From Deltaproteobacteria bacterium (lineage in GTDB: Bacteria; Desulfobacterota; Desulfomonilia; UBA1062): a stretch of DNA of 64,000 nucleotides. Below are positions 30,056 through 40,924 of the stretch, piece by piece. Numbering within the stretch: position 1 is the first letter of the stretch; each line of letters begins with the position of its first letter. The position numbers and the translations under genes are program-made. The notes under the pieces are model-generated. The model did not search any database. It was not told the origin of the DNA and saw only the letters and a list, made by a program, of their open reading frames with translations. The stretch spans positions 55,224 to 119,223 of the forward strand of contig JAHDRW010000011.1 of assembly GCA_018433085.1 (NCBI GenBank), read 5' to 3'.

Positions 30056-30670
30056 TTAATTGTCGTCCAGACGATACTTGTGGGCGATGAGCAGTTCATA
30101 GTTGGTCTTCAGGGCCTGATGGAGCCTGGCGTTCTCGAGCGCCAGGGCGCTCAGGTTCGCCACCGACTCCATGAACTTGGTTTCCTGCTCGTTGAATTCC
30201 CGGATCTTGTCGGTATAGACCCTGAGCACACCGATCACGTTCTTTTCCACCTTCAAGGGAACCACGATCACCGACTTGATCCCTTCGGCCTTCGCGCCCG
30301 CGCCGTACTGAAAGCCCGGGTCGGTCTGGGCGTTCTTGATCCAGATGAGTTGGCCGGTCATGGCCTTCTGATCGAGGCCGCTCTCCTTGATGAGAACCGG
30401 GCCCTTGCGGATATAGCCTTTGGAAAGCCCGTACGAGGCGCCCATGATGAGGGCCTTCTTCCGGGAATCCAGCAGGCGGATGGAGCACGCCTTGGCACCC
30501 ATGGCAAGGGCGACGGCCTTGACGATCTCATCGAGCACGGTCGTCATCTCCAGTGACGCGTTGATCACCTTCACCACATCGTACAATGCCAGAAAATAGT
30601 CCTTTTCCTTCACCTGCACGCTCCTCCTTTTTGCCGAATAGGTTCTTCGTATATCACTGTTCCCTCCCAT
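30056..30670 (-). CDS. Stand-alone GAF-domain protein
   Basis: GAF-like region LEMTTVLDEIVKAVALAMGAKACSIRLLD...VIGVLRVYT. The start is uncertain. A GTG at 30613 with an AAGGAGG RBS is plausible and would give about 185 aa. Confidence 0.55.
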   Translation of the reverse strand: MGGNSDIRRTYSAKRRSVQVKEKDYFLALYDVVKVINASLEMTTVLDEIVKAVALAMGAKACSIRLLDSRKKALIMGASYGLSKGYIRKGPVLIKESGLDQKAMTGQLIWIKNAQTDPGFQYGAGAKAEGIKSVIVVPLKVEKNVIGVLRVYTDKIREFNEQETKFMESVANLSALALENARLHQALKTNYELLIAHKYRLDDN

Positions 30671-30916
30671 ATCTCCCTTGTCCGGGAATTCTCACGACCC
30701 GGACGGTATAAGGTTTCTCCTATGAAGCTTAACCTTCATCGCCGCCGAGTCAAGTGTCCTTTTCGGAGAGCGAACCTTTTTTCTAAAATACAGTCTTTTC
30801 CAGCCGGATTTCCGATCCGGGATGAGACCGGTCCGAAAAAGGGATGCGGCCTCCTCTTCGATGCACAACGGTCCGATCCCGCGCCAGGGGTTTCACAGGA
30901 ACGGTATGGCAGGGGT

Positions 30917-31315
30917 TCAGACGAGGGTGATCAGGACCTCGCGGGTTGCCCTGGGGCCGTCGAACTCGCAGAAAAAGATATTCTGCCAGGTGCTGAGGAT
31001 GAGCCGGGAGTCTTCCACCGGGACCACCTCGGAGGGGCCGATGATGCCCGCCTTGATGTGCGCGTCACCGTTGCCGTCGACGCGGTCGTGCAGCCAGACG
31101 CCCCGGGGAACGAGTTTTTCCAGGCAGGTGATCACGTCGGCGGGGATGTTGGGGTCCCAGTTTTCCTGGATCATGAGGGCGGCGGTGGCGCCCATGGCAT
31201 AGAGCGCGCAGAGCCTCGAGCCTGCCCCGTGTTCGGCGACCACGGCGCGGACCCGCTCGGTGATGTCCACGAGCTCCTGTCTTTCACGGGTCGGGAAGGT
31301 TATGGAAAATCTCAT
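30917..31315 (-). CDS. YjbQ/UPF0047 family protein (secondary thiamine-phosphate synthase-like)
   Basis: MRFSITFPTRERQELVDITERV ... HDRVDGNGDAHIKA ... EFDG motif pattern of YjbQ. The start was moved to the ATG at 31315. The track's TTG-initiated extension was dropped. Confidence 0.7.
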   Translation of the reverse strand: MRFSITFPTRERQELVDITERVRAVVAEHGAGSRLCALYAMGATAALMIQENWDPNIPADVITCLEKLVPRGVWLHDRVDGNGDAHIKAGIIGPSEVVPVEDSRLILSTWQNIFFCEFDGPRATREVLITLV

Positions 31316-31478
31316 GGGCACCCCTTTCCCCCATGCCATATCACCGCTGCAACCAGGAGACAAGACGTTCTGTTTCGGAAGAGCACGGCCTTTGCCTTGG
31401 GAATCAATATCTTGATAATGGAACTATTCCATGCAATACTGCAACCCGCATTTCTGAAGAGGAGGAACATGTCAGGAT

Positions 31479-33137
31479 ATGAGAAGCGATCGTACCAAGA
31501 AATCTTATGAAAAGGCCCCTCACCGGTCCCTGCTCAAGGCGAACGGCTTTACCGACGAAGAAATTGCGCGGCCCTTTGTGGGAATCGTGAACTCGGCGAA
31601 TGAAATCATCCCCGGGCACATTCATCTCAATCAGATTGCCCAGGCCGCAAAGGACGGGGTACGCATGGCGGGCGGCACGCCCATGGAATTCTCCGTAATC
31701 GGCATCTGCGACGGCATCGCCATGAACCACGCGGGCATGAAGTACTCCCTGCCGTCCAGGGAGATCATCGCGGACTCCATTGAGCTCGTGGCCATGGGGC
31801 ACGCCTTTGACGCCATGGTCTTTGTCCCCAACTGCGACAAGATCGTCCCGGGCATGCTCATGGCGGCCCTGCGGCTCAACATCCCAGCCGTTATCGTCTC
31901 CGGGGGGCCCATGCTCGCCGGCAGGCTGAAGGGCAGGGCCGTGGATCTGATCAGTGTATTCGAGGGCATCGGCAGGCTTAAAGCAGGCGCGATCACCGGG
32001 GAAGAGCTTCGGGAGCTCGAGGGATGCGCCTGTCCCACGGCCGGGAGCTGCTCGGGCATGTTCACCGCCAACTCCATGAATTGCCTCACCGAGGCCCTGG
32101 GCCTGGGCCTGCCGGGCAACGGAACCGTGCCCGCCGCCTTCTCCGAGCGGATCAGGCTTGCCAAGCACGCGGGCATGAAGGTGATGGAGCTCCTGGAAAA
32201 GGACATCAAACCCCGGGACATCGCGAGCCCGAGCGCCTTCAACAACGCCATTGCCGTGGACATGGCCTTGGGCTGTTCCACCAACACGGTGCTTCATGTC
32301 CCGGCGGTGGCCTATGAGGCGGGCATCGAGCTCAGCCTGGACGACTTCGACCGGATGAGCAAGCGGGTTCCTCACCTGTGCAATCTCTCCCCGGCCGGAC
32401 CGCACCACATCGAGGACCTCTACTACGCGGGCGGGATCCAGGCGGTGATGAAGCGGCTGGAGCCCCTGGGTGTCTTGGATACGGGTGTGGTCACTGCAAC
32501 GGGTGAGACGCTGCAGGAAAATCTCGCCCGGGCCGAGATCGTGGACCCCGAGGTGATACGTCCCCTGGAAAGCCCCTACCACCAGGAGGGCGGGATCGCG
32601 ATCCTGCGCGGCTCCCTGGCGCCCGACGGGGCGGTGGTGAAACAGTCGGGCGTGCTGCCGGAGATGATGAAGCGCGAGGGCACGGCCCGGGTGTTCGATT
32701 CCGAGGAGGAGGCGGCCGACGCCATCCTCGCCGGAAAGATCCGGGCGGGGGACATCGTGGTCATCCGGTACGAGGGGCCCAAGGGTGGGCCGGGCATGCG
32801 CGAGATGCTCACGCCCACCTCTTCGATCGCGGGCATGGGGCTGGACAGGGACGTGGCGTTGATAACGGACGGCCGGTTCTCCGGCGGTACCAGGGGTGCG
32901 GCCATCGGGCACTGCTCGCCCGAGGCGGCCGAGGGCGGGCCGATCGCCCTGGTGCAGGAAGGCGACCGCATCGGAATCGACATCCCTGCCAGGAAGATCG
33001 ATCTCCTCGTCGACGAGGCCGAGCTCTCCAGGCGCGGGCAGGCCTTCAGGCCGCCGGAGAAAAAGCTCACCGGCGTGCTGAAGCGCTATGCGCGGGAGAC
33101 CCTCTCGGCAGACAAAGGGGCCCGATACAGAGACTGA
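31479..33137 (+). CDS. ilvD: Dihydroxy-acid dehydratase
   Basis: IlvD/EDD family: N-terminal [13 protein letters not shown], the Fe-S ligand region CDKIVPGM and C-terminal GGPIALV; 552 aa. Confidence 0.9.
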   Translation: MRSDRTKKSYEKAPHRSLLKANGFTDEEIARPFVGIVNSANEIIPGHIHLNQIAQAAKDGVRMAGGTPMEFSVIGICDGIAMNHAGMKYSLPSREIIADSIELVAMGHAFDAMVFVPNCDKIVPGMLMAALRLNIPAVIVSGGPMLAGRLKGRAVDLISVFEGIGRLKAGAITGEELRELEGCACPTAGSCSGMFTANSMNCLTEALGLGLPGNGTVPAAFSERIRLAKHAGMKVMELLEKDIKPRDIASPSAFNNAIAVDMALGCSTNTVLHVPAVAYEAGIELSLDDFDRMSKRVPHLCNLSPAGPHHIEDLYYAGGIQAVMKRLEPLGVLDTGVVTATGETLQENLARAEIVDPEVIRPLESPYHQEGGIAILRGSLAPDGAVVKQSGVLPEMMKREGTARVFDSEEEAADAILAGKIRAGDIVVIRYEGPKGGPGMREMLTPTSSIAGMGLDRDVALITDGRFSGGTRGAAIGHCSPEAAEGGPIALVQEGDRIGIDIPARKIDLLVDEAELSRRGQAFRPPEKKLTGVLKRYARETLSADKGARYRD

Positions 33138-34150
33138 TGAAACAGGCGCGGTACTGGAAAGCACGTGAAGACGGCACGGTGGACTGCCTGCTGTGCCCCC
33201 ACCGCTGCACCATCAGAGACGGCAAGACCGGGATATGCGGGGTGAGAAAGAACGAGGGAGGCACGCTTTACTCCCTGGTCTGGGGACTGAGCATCGCCGC
33301 GAGCGTGGACCCGATCGAGAAAAAGCCGCTCTATCACCTGCTGCCCGGATCGCTGTCATTCTCCATTGCAACCGTGGGCTGCAACATGAGATGCGCCTTC
33401 TGCCAGAACAGCGACATCTCCCAGTATCCTTTCCACACCGGGGGTGTCACCGGAGAGGATCTGTCGCCCGAAGAGGTGGTTCGGGCGGCGCTTGCACGGG
33501 GATGCGCGAGCATTTCCTACACCTACACCGAGCCCACGGTGTATCTGGAGTACGCGCTCGACACGGCTCGCCTGGCGAGGCAGGCCGGGCTGCTCAATGT
33601 CATGGTCACGAACGGCTACATCTCGCCCGCGATCGTCAGGGACGACCTCGCCGGGCTCATCGACGCTGCAAACATCGACCTGAAGTCGTTTTCCGACGGT
33701 TTCTACCGCAGGCTCTGCTCGGCCAGGCTCGCCCCGGTGCTCGAGGCCATACAGGCCTACTTCGAGGCCGGCATCTGGATCGAGATCACCACGCTCGTCA
33801 TTCCCGGAGAGAACGACTCCGAAGAAGAGCTCAGGGAGATCGCGCGGTTTATCCGGAGCATGAGCCCGGATATCCCCTGGCACATCAGCCGCTACTTTCC
33901 CCGGTATCGCTATCGGGACGCGCCGCCCACGCAGGTGGAGAGCCTGGAAGCGGCCCGGGAGATCGGCCTGGCCGAGGGGCTCCATTACGTATATACCGGA
34001 AACGTCATGGGGCATGCCCATGAAAACACCGTCTGCCCGGGATGCGGGCAGGAGGTCATCACCCGGAAGGGATTCTCCATAGAGAACAAGAGCATGCAGG
34101 GCAGCCACTGCAGCCGCTGCAGCCAAAACATACCAGGGAGGTTCACATGA
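33137..34150 (+). CDS. Radical SAM enzyme of the PFL-activase-like AmmeMemoRadiSam type
   Basis: N-terminal Cys cluster CLLCPHRCTIRDGKTGICGVR, KKPLYHLLPG, and the radical-SAM CxxxCxxC motif GCNMRCAFCQN. The ATG overlaps the ilvD stop (TGATG). Confidence 0.7.
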   Translation: MKQARYWKAREDGTVDCLLCPHRCTIRDGKTGICGVRKNEGGTLYSLVWGLSIAASVDPIEKKPLYHLLPGSLSFSIATVGCNMRCAFCQNSDISQYPFHTGGVTGEDLSPEEVVRAALARGCASISYTYTEPTVYLEYALDTARLARQAGLLNVMVTNGYISPAIVRDDLAGLIDAANIDLKSFSDGFYRRLCSARLAPVLEAIQAYFEAGIWIEITTLVIPGENDSEEELREIARFIRSMSPDIPWHISRYFPRYRYRDAPPTQVESLEAAREIGLAEGLHYVYTGNVMGHAHENTVCPGCGQEVITRKGFSIENKSMQGSHCSRCSQNIPGRFT

Positions 34151-34317
34151 AAAACCAGAATTACGTGCTCAAAGTCGTCGATGCCAAAAAGGCTGATATC
34201 AAAAAGGCTCTCAAAGAAGCAGGGATAGAAGTTCGCGCCATTACCGAGGTGTATTCCGAAGAGGTAGCCGACGAAGGAAAAGAGGGTGGAGATGCCGAGA
34301 AAAAGAATAACGGATAA
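34147..34317 (+). CDS. Small hypothetical protein (56 aa, Lys/Glu-rich) translationally coupled to the radical SAM gene
   Basis: ATG at 34147 overlaps the radical SAM stop (ATGA). The product is MKNQNYVLKVVDAKKADIKKALKEAGIEVRAITEVYSEEVADEGKEGGDAEKKNNG. The track's longer N-terminus is read-through of the upstream gene. The ORF overlaps the next gene by about 26 nt. Confidence 0.35.
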   Translation: MKNQNYVLKVVDAKKADIKKALKEAGIEVRAITEVYSEEVADEGKEGGDAEKKNNG

Positions 34318-35656
34318 ACCCGATCTGAGCCATAAGATCAAGTCCGGGTGGGAGATTCTTCAAGGATCTCTCCCCGAGGTCGAATCGTACAACCGGGATT
34401 ACGTGCGGTTCCTTTCCCAGGTGAAGACCGAGCGCGAGGCCGTGGAATATTTCCGGGATCAAGCGGGCGAGGCCGGCGGGCTCGAACTCGTGGAGAACCG
34501 GGGCAAGGCCCTGGCCGTGTGCGGGAGGGGGGCGATTCCCCTGAAGGAAGGGGTCCGAATCGTGGTGGCCCACATCGACAGCCCCCGGCTCGACCTCAAG
34601 GCCAACCCGCTCTACGAGGACACCGACCTGGCCATGCTCAAGACGCACTACTACGGCGGGATCAAGAAGTACCAGTGGCTCGCGCGGGCTCTTGCTCTCC
34701 ACGGCGTGGTCGTCAAGGAGGACGGAAGCCCGGTGAAGGTGCTCATCGGCGAGGACCCGGACGATCCCTGCTTCACCATCGAAGACCTCCTGCCCCACTT
34801 GGCCGCCAATGCGCAGTATGCGAAAAAGCTCCCCGATGCATTCCAGGCCGAGAAGCTCAATATCATTCTGGGATCACGGCCGGACCTCACGGCAAAGGAC
34901 AACAAGGTCAAGGAGTACATCCTCTCCCTGCTGCACGAGAAGTACGGCATCGTGGAACAGGACTTCGTCTCCGCCGACCTGGAGATCGTGCCGGCAGGCC
35001 CCGCGCGCGAGGTGGGGATCGACCGGTCCCTGATCGGCGGGTACGGCCAGGACGACCGGGCCTGCTCGTGGGCGGCCTTTGCCGCGGTGCGGGACGCCGC
35101 CTCGAAAGGATATACGTCGATCGCCCTGCTCATGGACAAGGAGGAGATCGGCAGTGAGGGCAACACCGGCGCCAAAAGCATGTTCATCGAGGAGGTGCTC
35201 TGGGAGCTGGCCGATCGTTTTGGGGAGGAGCTCGTCCCGTCGCGGGTGCTGTTCAAGTCCAGGGCCATCTCCGGGGATGCGAACGGCGCTTTCGATCCGG
35301 ATTATCCCGAGGTCCACGAAAAGATGAACGCCGCCAGGCTCGGCTTTGGCGTGTGCGTGACCAAGTTCACCGGGGCCCGGGGCAAGGTGGGCTCCAGCGA
35401 GGCACATGCCGAGTACATGGCCTACATGAGATCTCTCCTCAACCGGTCTGGGATACCCTGGCAGACCGGCGAGCTGGGCAAGGTCGATGAGGGGGGAGGG
35501 GGAACGGTCGCGAAGTTCCTGGCCGAGTACGGCATGGATATCGTGGACATGGGTCCGGCGCTGCTGTCCATGCACTCGCCCTTCGAGCTTTCGTCCAAGG
35601 TCGACACCTATTCCACCTATCTGGCATATCGGGCATTCATGGAGGATAGAGGATAA
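34292..35656 (+). CDS. M18-family aminopeptidase (aspartyl aminopeptidase-like)
   Basis: M18 hallmarks: HIDSPRLDLK, the metal-binding region DDRACSWAAF and C-terminal MHSPFEL. A GAGGGTGGAG RBS precedes the ATG at 34292. Confidence 0.8.
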   Translation: MPRKRITDKPDLSHKIKSGWEILQGSLPEVESYNRDYVRFLSQVKTEREAVEYFRDQAGEAGGLELVENRGKALAVCGRGAIPLKEGVRIVVAHIDSPRLDLKANPLYEDTDLAMLKTHYYGGIKKYQWLARALALHGVVVKEDGSPVKVLIGEDPDDPCFTIEDLLPHLAANAQYAKKLPDAFQAEKLNIILGSRPDLTAKDNKVKEYILSLLHEKYGIVEQDFVSADLEIVPAGPAREVGIDRSLIGGYGQDDRACSWAAFAAVRDAASKGYTSIALLMDKEEIGSEGNTGAKSMFIEEVLWELADRFGEELVPSRVLFKSRAISGDANGAFDPDYPEVHEKMNAARLGFGVCVTKFTGARGKVGSSEAHAEYMAYMRSLLNRSGIPWQTGELGKVDEGGGGTVAKFLAEYGMDIVDMGPALLSMHSPFELSSKVDTYSTYLAYRAFMEDRG

Positions 35657-36301
35657 ATGAAGCAGAAGGTGCTCGCGCACATCGGTTCCCTCATGGGAGG
35701 CATGGTTCACAACCTCAACACCCCGCTCATGTGGATCATGGGGAGGGCTCAACTCGTCCAGTCGAGGAACGAGAAGCTCGACACCCTCAACGGAAAGGAC
35801 GGAGACGATCTCCACGCCATAAAGACGAAGAACAGCAAGGACCTCAAGTCCATCCAGGATGGCGCGGACAAGATCGACCACATCCTGAAGTCGCTGGGCT
35901 ACAAGATCCAGATGACCAACGAGGGCTACACCTCCATTGAGCTCAGGGAATTTCTGGAGAGGGAAACCGACTTCCTCATGGCGGACATGCGCTTCAAGCA
36001 CGAGACCGCCAGGGAGGTGGAGCCCGGCCCCCGGTCGTGCTACGTGAAGTGCGACTACAACGCCCTGTCCTGCGCGTTCACCGGCATCATCGATACGATC
36101 ATGAACGCCACGGAAAAGGGCAGGACCCTGAAGATTTCCCTGGAGAACGGGGCCATTCTCTTCCGTTGTCCGGATCTGAAGCTGACCCCCGAGGTTCGGG
36201 GGATGATGGAAGGCGTCTGTCTCGGGATCAGGGGGAGGGCCGACATCGTGATCGAAGGCGGGCACGGGTTCGAGATGTCCCTGTGGATTAAGGACGCGTG
36301 A
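35657..36301 (+). CDS. Small cytoplasmic histidine-kinase-like protein (H-box plus ATPase-like C-terminus, no sensor domain)
   Basis: H-box-like MVHNLNTPL and a C-terminal GHKL-like segment. The start abuts the aminopeptidase stop (TAAATG). Confidence 0.45.
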   Translation: MKQKVLAHIGSLMGGMVHNLNTPLMWIMGRAQLVQSRNEKLDTLNGKDGDDLHAIKTKNSKDLKSIQDGADKIDHILKSLGYKIQMTNEGYTSIELREFLERETDFLMADMRFKHETAREVEPGPRSCYVKCDYNALSCAFTGIIDTIMNATEKGRTLKISLENGAILFRCPDLKLTPEVRGMMEGVCLGIRGRADIVIEGGHGFEMSLWIKDA

Positions 36302-36771
36302 TGGCCGCGAAGGAGGCGTTTACCTGCCCCTCGTGCGGGCATGTCATGGAGCGGTACAAAAACCCGGTGCCCACGGTGGACATCGTCATCGAGTATGCCC
36401 CGGGCATTGTCCTGGTGGAGAGGAAGAACCCTCCCTACGGGTGGGCCCTGCCGGGAGGCTTCGTGGACTACGGCGAGACCGTGGAGCATGCCGCCGCCAG
36501 AGAGGCGCAGGAGGAGACGGGCCTGGTCCTGGAAAACCTGCTGATGTTTCACGTATACTCCGACCCCTCGAGAGATCCCCGGATGCACACCATCACCACG
36601 GTCTTCACGGCCTCGGGCACAGGCGTTCTCCGGGCGGGCGACGACGCGGGGAGCGTCGGGGTGTTCGCGGAAGACGAGCTGCCCGGGAACATAGCATTCG
36701 ACCATTCCCGGATCATCGCGGACTATTTCTCCTTCAGGCGCGGGGAAAGGAAGGGTATGACGTGCCGGTAG
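36298..36771 (+). CDS. NUDIX hydrolase with an N-terminal zinc ribbon
   Basis: Nudix box [24 protein letters not shown], preceded by CPSCGH. The ATG overlaps the upstream stop (ATGA). Confidence 0.8.
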   Translation: MMAAKEAFTCPSCGHVMERYKNPVPTVDIVIEYAPGIVLVERKNPPYGWALPGGFVDYGETVEHAAAREAQEETGLVLENLLMFHVYSDPSRDPRMHTITTVFTASGTGVLRAGDDAGSVGVFAEDELPGNIAFDHSRIIADYFSFRRGERKGMTCR

Positions 36772-39338
36772 CGGAAAACAGAGAAGTCTATCTCATCGAC
36801 GGCAGCTCGTATATCTACCGGGCGTTCTATGCCATGAGAAACATGTCCACCTCCGGAGGCATGCCCACCAACGCGGTCTTCATCTGCTCGCGGATGCTCA
36901 TCAACCTCCTGAAGGAGAAAAAGCCCGAGCACATCTGCTTCGTGCTGGATTCCCGGGGGCCCACCTTCCGCCACGAGCTCTACCAGGACTACAAGGCCAC
37001 CCGGCAGAAGATGCCCGAGGGTCTCGGTGTGCAGATCCCCTACATCATCCGGATCATCGAGGCCCTGGGGGTCCCTATCGTGCAGAAGCAGGGCTTCGAG
37101 GCGGACGACATCATCGCGGACCTGGCCAGGCGGTGCGGGCAGGGATGCATGGTCTACATCGTCTCGGGCGACAAAGATCTCATGCAGCTCGTGAACGAGA
37201 CCACCCTGGTCTGGGACACCCTCACGAACAAGGTATACGACCGGGAGGCGGTGAAGGAGAAGTTCGACGTCTATCCCGAGTATATCCCGGACCTGCTCGC
37301 GCTCATGGGCGACGCATCGGACAACATCCCCGGGGTCCCCGGGATCGGCGCCAAGGGGGCCGCGGCCCTGATCAGGGACATGGGCCATCTGCAGGACATC
37401 CTCGATCACGTGGAGGCCGTCGGGTCCCCCAAGCAGAGAAAGGCGCTTCAAGAGCATGCGGACCAGGCCCGGGAGGGATTCGAACTGGTGAGGCTCGACC
37501 GGGAGGTGGATCTCGATTTCGGGCCCGAGGACCTCAGGGCGGGCAAGCCCGATGCCGAAGGCCTCCGGAAGATTTTTACGGAGCTCGAGTTCAAGGCCCT
37601 CCTCAAGGAGCTGAACCTCAGGCCCGACGAGAAGAGGGCCTGCATGCACGAGGGCAGGATCGAGTACGCCTGCAGGTGCGATCTTACCGGAGAAATGGGC
37701 ATGTACGTGATGCCGGGCGTCGGGTCGGCGGTGGCGCAGGGCGGGGTTTCCACGGTGTGCCTGGACCCTGAAGCCTGCCTCGACCCGCTCAAGGCCGAGG
37801 GCGTGCTCGTGTGCATGCACGACGCCAAGCAGGCCTTCGTGGCCGCCATGATGAAGGGGCTGGAGGTCCGTGCGGGCGTGTTCGACACCATGCTCGCCAC
37901 CTACTGCATCGATGCGGTCAATTCCCAGGCCGGCCTGGAGGATCTCGCCAGGGCCTGCCTGGAAACGGATATCCCGAACTCGAGCGATCTCCTTGGCTCG
38001 GGCAGAAACGCCCGCAGCATAATCGGGATCGACCGGGAAACCCTGGGCAGCTACCTCGCCTGTCACGCGAGCGTGCTGGTCCCTTTAAAGGAGCGGCTCG
38101 CCGAGCAGATGACCCGGGTGGGGGTGGACAGGATATTCTATGACATCGAGATCCCGCTCACCACGGTGCTCTCCTCCCTGGAGGCGTGCGGGGTGCTCGT
38201 GGACACGGCAGGGCTTGGAAGGATATCCGCGGAGATCGACGGGCTCCTGAAGGGCATGGAGGCGAAGATCTTCGCCCTGGCAGGCGGGGAGTTCAACATC
38301 AACTCTCCCAAGCAGCTGGGCGTCATCCTGTTCGAGAAGCTGGGGCTGCCCGCGGTGAAAAAGACCAAGACCGGCTATTCCACGGACAGCAAGGTCCTGG
38401 AGTCTCTCGCGTCCAGGCATGATCTGCCCGCGCTCATCCTGGAGTACCGGATGTTCGCCAAGCTCAAGAACACCTATGTGGATGCGCTGCCCTCCATGAT
38501 CAATCCGCAGACCGGCAGAATTCACACCCGGTTCAACCAGGCCGTCACCGCCACGGGCCGGATATCCTCATCCGAGCCCAACCTCCAGAATATCCCCGTG
38601 CGCTCCGATATGGGCCGCAGGATCCGGCAGGCCTTCATCGCTCCCGAGGGGTATCGGATCCTGAGCGCCGACTACTCCCAGATCGAGCTCAGGATTCTCG
38701 CCCACATCACCCGCGACGCCACCCTGATGGATGCCTTTACCCACGGCCAGGACATTCATGCAAAGACCGCCGCCGAGATCTTCGGCATCCCCTTGCAGGA
38801 GGTGTCCGAAAACCAGCGGAGGACGGCCAAGACCATCAATTTCGGCATCATGTACGGCATGGGGCCGCACAAGCTCTCCCAGGAGCTGGGAATACGGCGC
38901 GACACGGCCAAGGCCTACATCGACAGCTACCTCGCCAAGTATCCGGGCGTGAGGGAGTATACCGAGACCATCGCTGCAAAGGCCGAACGGGACGGTTTCG
39001 TCACCACGCTTCTGGGCAGGCGCAGGTCCATCCCCGAGATCGCGTCGTCCAATTTCAACGAGCGCGAGGCCGGCAGGAGGATCGCAATCAACACCCCAAT
39101 CCAGGGAACTGCGGCCGACATCATCAAGATCGCCATGGTGAGGATATACGAACGCATAAAAGAATTCCGGAGCAGGATGGTCCTGCAGGTGCACGACGAA
39201 CTGGTGTTCGAGGCGGCCGAGGATGAGGTTGATGCGCTGACCGCCATGGTGGGTCAGGAGATGGAGCACGCCTACGAACTGGACGTCCCGGTCCGGGTGG
39301 ATATCGGCACGGGAAAAAACTGGGCGGGCGCCCACTGA
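36762..39338 (+). CDS. polA: DNA polymerase I
   Basis: 5'-3' exonuclease N-terminus ([18 protein letters not shown]), a 3'-5' exonuclease region, and the polymerase motifs [14 protein letters not shown] and [13 protein letters not shown] start at 36762 with a GGAAAGGAAGGG RBS gives about 858 aa. The track's upstream 143 codons are out-of-frame overlap with the NUDIX gene. Confidence 0.85.
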   Translation: MPVAENREVYLIDGSSYIYRAFYAMRNMSTSGGMPTNAVFICSRMLINLLKEKKPEHICFVLDSRGPTFRHELYQDYKATRQKMPEGLGVQIPYIIRIIEALGVPIVQKQGFEADDIIADLARRCGQGCMVYIVSGDKDLMQLVNETTLVWDTLTNKVYDREAVKEKFDVYPEYIPDLLALMGDASDNIPGVPGIGAKGAAALIRDMGHLQDILDHVEAVGSPKQRKALQEHADQAREGFELVRLDREVDLDFGPEDLRAGKPDAEGLRKIFTELEFKALLKELNLRPDEKRACMHEGRIEYACRCDLTGEMGMYVMPGVGSAVAQGGVSTVCLDPEACLDPLKAEGVLVCMHDAKQAFVAAMMKGLEVRAGVFDTMLATYCIDAVNSQAGLEDLARACLETDIPNSSDLLGSGRNARSIIGIDRETLGSYLACHASVLVPLKERLAEQMTRVGVDRIFYDIEIPLTTVLSSLEACGVLVDTAGLGRISAEIDGLLKGMEAKIFALAGGEFNINSPKQLGVILFEKLGLPAVKKTKTGYSTDSKVLESLASRHDLPALILEYRMFAKLKNTYVDALPSMINPQTGRIHTRFNQAVTATGRISSSEPNLQNIPVRSDMGRRIRQAFIAPEGYRILSADYSQIELRILAHITRDATLMDAFTHGQDIHAKTAAEIFGIPLQEVSENQRRTAKTINFGIMYGMGPHKLSQELGIRRDTAKAYIDSYLAKYPGVREYTETIAAKAERDGFVTTLLGRRRSIPEIASSNFNEREAGRRIAINTPIQGTAADIIKIAMVRIYERIKEFRSRMVLQVHDELVFEAAEDEVDALTAMVGQEMEHAYELDVPVRVDIGTGKNWAGAH

Positions 39339-39463
39339 TGCGAATTCCACTACCTCGAAGCATCCGGGCAAAGGTCTTTTGCGGCTCGGAAAGGGTGGGC
39401 GTGTAACTGAAAAACAAAAAGCGGGGCAGACAGAGAGTCCGCCCCGCAGCGTTCTTGGTCAGA

Positions 39464-40612
39464 TTACCGCATTCCCAGGACGTTTCTGGCGATGACGACG
39501 CGCATGATCTCGTTTGTGCCTTCGTAGATCTGGGTAATCTTGGCGTCTCTCATGAGCCGCTCTACGGGGTATTCGATGCTGTAGCCGTAGCCGCCCAGGA
39601 TCTGCACCGCCTCGACCGTGGCGTCCATGGCCGTGTCGGAGGCAAACATCTTGGCCTGCGCCGCCTCCCGCTCAAAGGGCAGGTGGTTGCTCTCAAGCCA
39701 CGCCGCCTTCAGGATCAAAAGCTCGGAGGCATCGATGCGGGTCGCCATGTCGGCCAGCTTGAACTGCGTGGCCTGGAAGCTCGAAATCGCCTTGCCGAAC
39801 TGCACCCGCTCCTTGGAGTAGCCCACCGACTCCTCCAGCGCCGCCTTGGCAATCCCCAAGGCCTGCGAGGCGATCCCGATCCGGCCCGAATCCAGCGTGG
39901 TGAGCATCTGCCTGAAGCCCGAGCCCGGGTCGCCCAGAATGGAGTCCTTGGGTATCCTGGCGTCCTGGAACACCAGCTCGGAGGTGCCAGACCCCCTGAT
40001 GCCCAGCTTCTCCTCCACCTTGCCCACCGAGAACCCCTCGGTGTTCTCCAGGTCCACCACGAACTGGGTGATGCCCTTGTATCCTTTTGCCTTGTCCGTG
40101 ACCGCCGCGATCACCGCGTACCTGGCGATGTTGCCGTTGGTGATGAACTTCTTCTCCCCGTTGATGATCCAGGAGTCCCCGTCGAGCACGGCCGTGGTCT
40201 TCATGCCCGCCGGGTCGGAGCCCGCATTGGCCTCGGTGAGCCCGTAGCACCCGTGCGCCTCGCCGCTCGCCACCGGGGTGTTGAATCGGATCTTCTGCTC
40301 CTCGGTGCCGAAGGTGTTTACCGGAAAGCCATAAAGCGAGTTGTTGACCGACATGATGACCCCGGTGCTCGCACAGGCCCGCGAGATCTCGGTGAGGATC
40401 AGGGCATAGGCCACGTAGTCCATGCCCGCCCCGCCGTACTCCACGGGGATAGCCACCCCCATGAAACCGTTCTCGGCCATCTTCCTCACCACCTCGTCGT
40501 CGTGACGGTGCTCCTGGTCGATCCGGGCCGCTATGGGCTTGAGCTCCTGGTCCGCAAACTTCCTGGCCATGTCCTGAACCATCTTGTGCTCTTCACTGAA
40601 AGAGAAATCCAT
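39464..40612 (-). CDS. Acyl-CoA dehydrogenase (short/medium-chain type)
   Basis: The product starts MDFSFSEEHKMVQDMARKFADQELKPIAARID and ends with the catalytic-Glu region YEGTNEIMRVVIAR. The start was moved to the ATG at 40612 (AGGAGGG RBS). Confidence 0.85.
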   Translation of the reverse strand: MDFSFSEEHKMVQDMARKFADQELKPIAARIDQEHRHDDEVVRKMAENGFMGVAIPVEYGGAGMDYVAYALILTEISRACASTGVIMSVNNSLYGFPVNTFGTEEQKIRFNTPVASGEAHGCYGLTEANAGSDPAGMKTTAVLDGDSWIINGEKKFITNGNIARYAVIAAVTDKAKGYKGITQFVVDLENTEGFSVGKVEEKLGIRGSGTSELVFQDARIPKDSILGDPGSGFRQMLTTLDSGRIGIASQALGIAKAALEESVGYSKERVQFGKAISSFQATQFKLADMATRIDASELLILKAAWLESNHLPFEREAAQAKMFASDTAMDATVEAVQILGGYGYSIEYPVERLMRDAKITQIYEGTNEIMRVVIARNVLGMR

Positions 40613-40924
40613 ATATACCCTCCTAATTGTTAGTGACACTTGCTCAGCCCCGGGTTCCATGCCCCGGGCAGCATCCGCAGGCGGAAACGAGGCCGAAGCT
40701 GAATGAGTATTCATTTTCTATAATCCTTATCCGCTCTTTCTGTCAATATAATCGTCCCTTGCCGGAAAAAGGGGCAGTGTTCACTGGTTCATGTTTCGTC
40801 GGGAAACAGGCACGAGCCCTTTCTTGGGTGTCTTTCAAGGGTTGAGAATAATTGCCTTTGCCATCGAGAGGCATTCTGGTATATATTTTTCACCCAATAT
40901 ATGTCCAGGAGGCGAAAGGTTTAT

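Noticed and set aside
31404-33164. 586-aa minus-strand ORF
   Set aside because: It is antisense to ilvD and has an Arg/Gly/His-rich artefactual composition.
34042-34146. N-terminal 35 codons of the 91-aa track ORF
   Set aside because: This is out-of-frame read-through of the radical SAM gene's 3' end. The plausible small ORF starts at the ATG at 34147 with the ATGA coupling.
36723-38066. 447-aa minus-strand ORF (and 38568..39371)
   Set aside because: They are antisense to polA.
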